In this document: positions 60,400 through 64,000 of the stretch, in pieces
Position numbering within the stretch: the first letter of the stretch is position 1
Layout of the letters: every line of letters begins with the position of its first letter
DNA from: Rhynchobatus australiae
Taxonomy: Eukaryota
Reading direction: 5' to 3'
DNA length: 64,000 bases
NCBI GenBank assembly: GCA_034780895.1
Contig: JAUZTB010000076.1
Location: 38,944,292-39,008,291, forward strand
Notes under the pieces: model-generated
Told to the model about the DNA's origin: nothing
Seen by the model: the letters and a program-made list of their open reading frames with translations, nothing else
Databases searched by the model: none
Translations under genes and position numbers: made by a program

Positions 60400-61260
60400 A
60401 ACCAGCTTTTTAAACCCATCCTTATTGTTCTATCCCCTCTCACATCTAAAACTATGTGGATCTCATGGACCTCTTTGCCACTAAAAGTTGAGATCTGATC
60501 AAATGCCTCAGCTACTTCATTTCCTACTTGCCTCTGAATATAGATCTTTCTTTATATTCCCTCCAGTCTCCAGTCTTGCCCTCCTTCAAACCCATGGTGT
60601 ACATGGGAGCCAATTTGCTTCCTGGCTATCAACTGAGCTGTTGACTACTAACTTCTTTTCTTCCCACCCACATTAACAAAATTGATAATAGTTGTTTCAC
60701 CTTAGGCACTCTCTTTAAATTGGTTGTTATTGCACCCTCAAAAACAAAAAATAAATCTTGTTCCCTTGGTCCTTGCAAATCACTGTCTTTTCTCCCTAAT
60801 CCCAGAACATGCCATTACAGATTATCTTTCCCAGAATCCTTGACTGAATCCTTCCAATCAGGTTTCTGCCCTACTATGCTACCAAATGATTACCAAACTT
60901 ATTAGTGACTCTCTACATGATTGTGACTAAAATAATCTTTCTTTGTCTACTTTGATCCATCTGCAACCTTTGACTTGGATACCCATTATCATTTTTGGAC
61001 ACCTTTCATTTGGTGTCTCTGGACCTTTGGATTAAAAAAAATACTGCCTAACGTTGTTATTAAACCTACTAACCAAGCCAGTATCATGGTTGGTCGGTTG
61101 GTGAAATAATGTATTAACCAGAGGATGAACAGCAAATCTCTGACACCTTCTCCGAAATCTCCCTGAACCATAACTATACTATCATCCCTCAGACTCAAAA
61201 CAGAGTTCATCTCCTCTCAAGATTTGCTTCACTCCATTGTTCTCTGAACTCTTCTTCAAA
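60400..61260 (+). mobile_element. Old L2-clade LINE remnant
   Basis: ttccaatcaggtttctgccct (FQSGF.P) and tttgatccatctgcaacctttgac (.D.SA.FD) RT motifs in pyrimidine-rich sequence. Confidence 0.55.
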
Positions 61261-61781
61261 CACAAGCATCCTGTTTGTACTTCTTTTTCAAGAATTCCTA
61301 GTAATGATCCAATGACAAATTTTCGCAGAAGGATTTTTGGCTACAGTTAGAACATTACGTGCAATTTTGAGCACATTATTGAAATGGGTACAATAAACTT
61401 GGACAGTCTATAGCACAGACTACTATAATGGTGTCAGTTATGTGAAACTGCAGAAATGCTACCAAATATTTCCAATGGACTGGGGATGTCCAACAGGAAA
61501 TTAAATAGCTATTCTGAAAATTCTGAAGGAGTTAGTGATTGAAACAGAGATCATCATATTTTAAAAATAGTTCAATAGTCTTTCAACACAAAATGAAAAC
61601 TAGAACAGGAAGCCTCATGGGTTCTTCTCAAGGATAAACATGATGACAGACAGCAAAATGGCCTGTTACTATGGTGTAATTGCTAGGCAAGGTTATGTCT
61701 GAATAACTGAAGTGATGGTGACTGCAGTAAAGTTAGTTGTGAAACAAGATGAAAGTTCTCCTCTACCAAAGGCACTGAATA

Positions 61782-62072
61782 ATAGAATATAGAACAGTAC
61801 AGCATAGGAACAGGCCCTTCGGTCCACAATGTCTGCGCTGATCACGATGCTGAATTCACAAGTTCTTTTCTGCCTATGCATAATCCATATTCCTCCATTC
61901 CCTGCATATTCATGTGCATCTATCTAACAGCCTCTTAAACACAACCATCATATCTGCTTCCACCATGACCTCTGTCTACCTGTTCCAGGCACCTACCACT
62001 GTGTAAAAAAAAACTTGCCCTACGTATCTCCTTTAAACTCTCCTCCCCCTACCTTAAATGTGTGTCCTATTT
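61782..62072 (-). mobile_element. CR1 3' end fragment
   Basis: tagaatatagaacagtacagcataggaacaggcccttcggtccacaatg tail; gttccaggcacctaccactgtgtaaaaaa. Confidence 0.85.
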
Positions 62073-62519
62073 TTTGGAATATTTTATAGAATTCTCTAAA
62101 TAATCTTGTTGATCTGTATAACTCAGGTCCATTCTCTGTCCCATCTTTATTTTCTAATCTGTCCTGGATGAATGCAATTAAAATAACTTCGGGATTGCAA
62201 TTGTTGGCGTCAATTCCTTTAGCCCATGAAGGGCAAAATGAAGGATAATTCAGGCCCCAGTCATTAATCAGTCATTGTACTATTGATGGCTTTGTCACAG
62301 CATCAGACTCTACTATATTTTTATCACAGTCTAATAGCGGTGGCCACTGTGCTGAGAACATGGAAGATGAGTGACCTCTGCATAAGATTAATTATCACAA
62401 TACTAATTCAACAGAATCAGAAGACCAAGAACAAACAAATATGTTACTTGAGAAAAGATTCAAGTCAAACAGATTCTGATATTTGGCCTTCCTCAAGATA
62501 TGAACTTTGTTTCTAAAAT

Positions 62520-64000
62520 ATGTTTATACTTGAGGGTTTTTAACTTTCCTAATGTAGATGGGGACTGTCATAGTGCTCAGGTCTTAGATGGGGTGGTATT
62601 TGTTAAGCGTGTTCAGAAAAGTTTCCTCAGGTAACATATAGAAGGACCTACTAGGGAGAGGGCAAAGTTTGACCTACTCTTGGGAAATAGGGCAGGAAAG
62701 CGATTGGGGTGACAGTGGAGGAGCACTTTGGGACCAGTGACCATAGTTCTATTAGTTTTAAATTAGTTATGGAAAGGGACAGATCTGGTTCACAAGTTAT
62801 AGTTCTAAATTGAGGCAAGGCAAATTTTGGCAGTAATAGACAGGAGCTTGCAAAAAATTGATTGGAGTAGGTTGTTTGCAGGCAAAGAAACACCCAGCAA
62901 GTGAAAAGATGTTAAAAGTGCGATAATGAGAGTTCAAGATCTGCACGTTCCTGTTTGAATGAAGGGCAAGACTGACAGAAGTAGAGAACTCTGGATGACA
63001 AGGGATATTGAGGCTCTGGTCAGGAAAAAGGAGGCAGCATGGGCCAGGTAAAGCAGCCGGGATCAAGTGAATCCCTGGAGCAGTACAGGGGATGCAGGAC
63101 TATACTTGAGGTAATCAGAAGGGCAAAAAGGGGCAGAAGGTAGCTTTGGCAGAGAAGAAGTTTAAGGAAAATCCAAAGAGATTTTATAAGTATATTAAGG
63201 AAAAAAGAGTAATAGGGAAAGACCAAAGTGTACATGTGTGGAGCTGCAGGAGATGAGCGAGGTCCTCAATAAATATTTTTCCTCTATTTTTAACCATGGA
63301 GAAAGATAGGAAGACTTCGGAACTTGAGTTAGTTATTGGGGTAGCTTGGGAATAGTCCACATTGCAGCAGAGGTGCTGCTAGACATCTTAACACATTAAG
63401 TAGATAAATCTCTGCGGCCTGATCAGGTATTGAAGAAGGTTCATGGGGGCAGGGAGGTAGATGTGGCCTATGTGGACTTCAGTAAAGTCTTTCATGAGGT
63501 TCCGCATGGTAGGCTGCTATGGAAAATTAGATTGCATTGGATCTAGGAAGACCTAGCTAATTGGATACACAATTGGCTTGATGGTAGGAAACAGAGGGTG
63601 ATAGTGGAAGGTCATTTTTCAGACTGAAGGCCCATGACTAGTAGTGTGTTTCAGGGGATCGGTGCTAGGTCTGTTGTTATTTGTAATTTATATCAATGAT
63701 TTGGAAAAGAATGTACAAGGCACGATTAATAAGTTTGCAGATGACACTAAGGATGTTGTAGACAGTGAATGCGGTTTATCAAGAATTACAGCGGGATTTT
63801 GATCAGCTAGATAAGTGGGCTGAGAAATGGCAAGTGGAGTTGGATAATGCGAGGTGTTGCATTTTGAGAAGACAAATGAGGGTAGGACTTCACAGTGAAC
63901 AGTAGGGCCCTGGGGAATGTTGTAGAACAGAGGGACCTAGGAATACAAGTACATGGTTTCCTGAAAGTTGCATCGCAGATAGACAGGATTGGGAAGAGGC
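62520..64000 (+). mobile_element. CR1 LINE ORF2 (APE end + RT), degraded, running off the window
   Basis: FNFPNVD, SDHSSISF, gtagatgtggcctatgtggacttcagtaaagtc (VDVAYVDFSK), tatatcaatgatttgg (YINDL), aagtttgcagatgacactaag (KFADDTK). Confidence 0.92.

Noticed and set aside
1-64000. Prokaryotic or viral systems (CRISPR, operons, retrons, endogenous virus)
   Set aside because: No regularly spaced repeat-spacer array, no dense long ORFs and no LTR/gag/env or viral motifs were seen; all RT motifs belong to eukaryotic non-LTR or Penelope elements.

Overview
AT-rich, CpG-depleted vertebrate genomic DNA from a gapped short-read scaffold with many ~100-N gaps, several flanked by duplicated sequence. 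The repeat content (CR1 LINEs with SGNH-esterase ORF1, Rex1/Babar LINEs, Penelope-like elements with hammerhead-type termini, V-SINE/HE1-type and Deu-domain SINEs, L2 remnants) points to a cartilaginous fish; this is inferred, not verified. Nearly all ORFs in the supplied track are retroelement debris, gap-spanning artefacts or chance ORFs. The ORF track misses a chain of seven small + strand candidate exons (172-286, 11804-11871, 15565-15599, 23666-23783, 29505-29562, 48237-48313, 54066-54118). All have AG/GT boundaries and compatible phases, and they splice into one stop-free ~174-aa fragment that I do not recognise, with a Cys/His cluster. Other points of note: a TSD-flanked Penelope terminus retaining a minimal hammerhead core in the sense orientation of an intron, an inverted SINE pair around one exon, a ~50-bp inverted repeat, nested retroelements and several enhancer-like unique segments. 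No prokaryotic features, CRISPR arrays, rRNA or true tRNA genes were seen. Repeat boundaries and family assignments were read by eye and are approximate.
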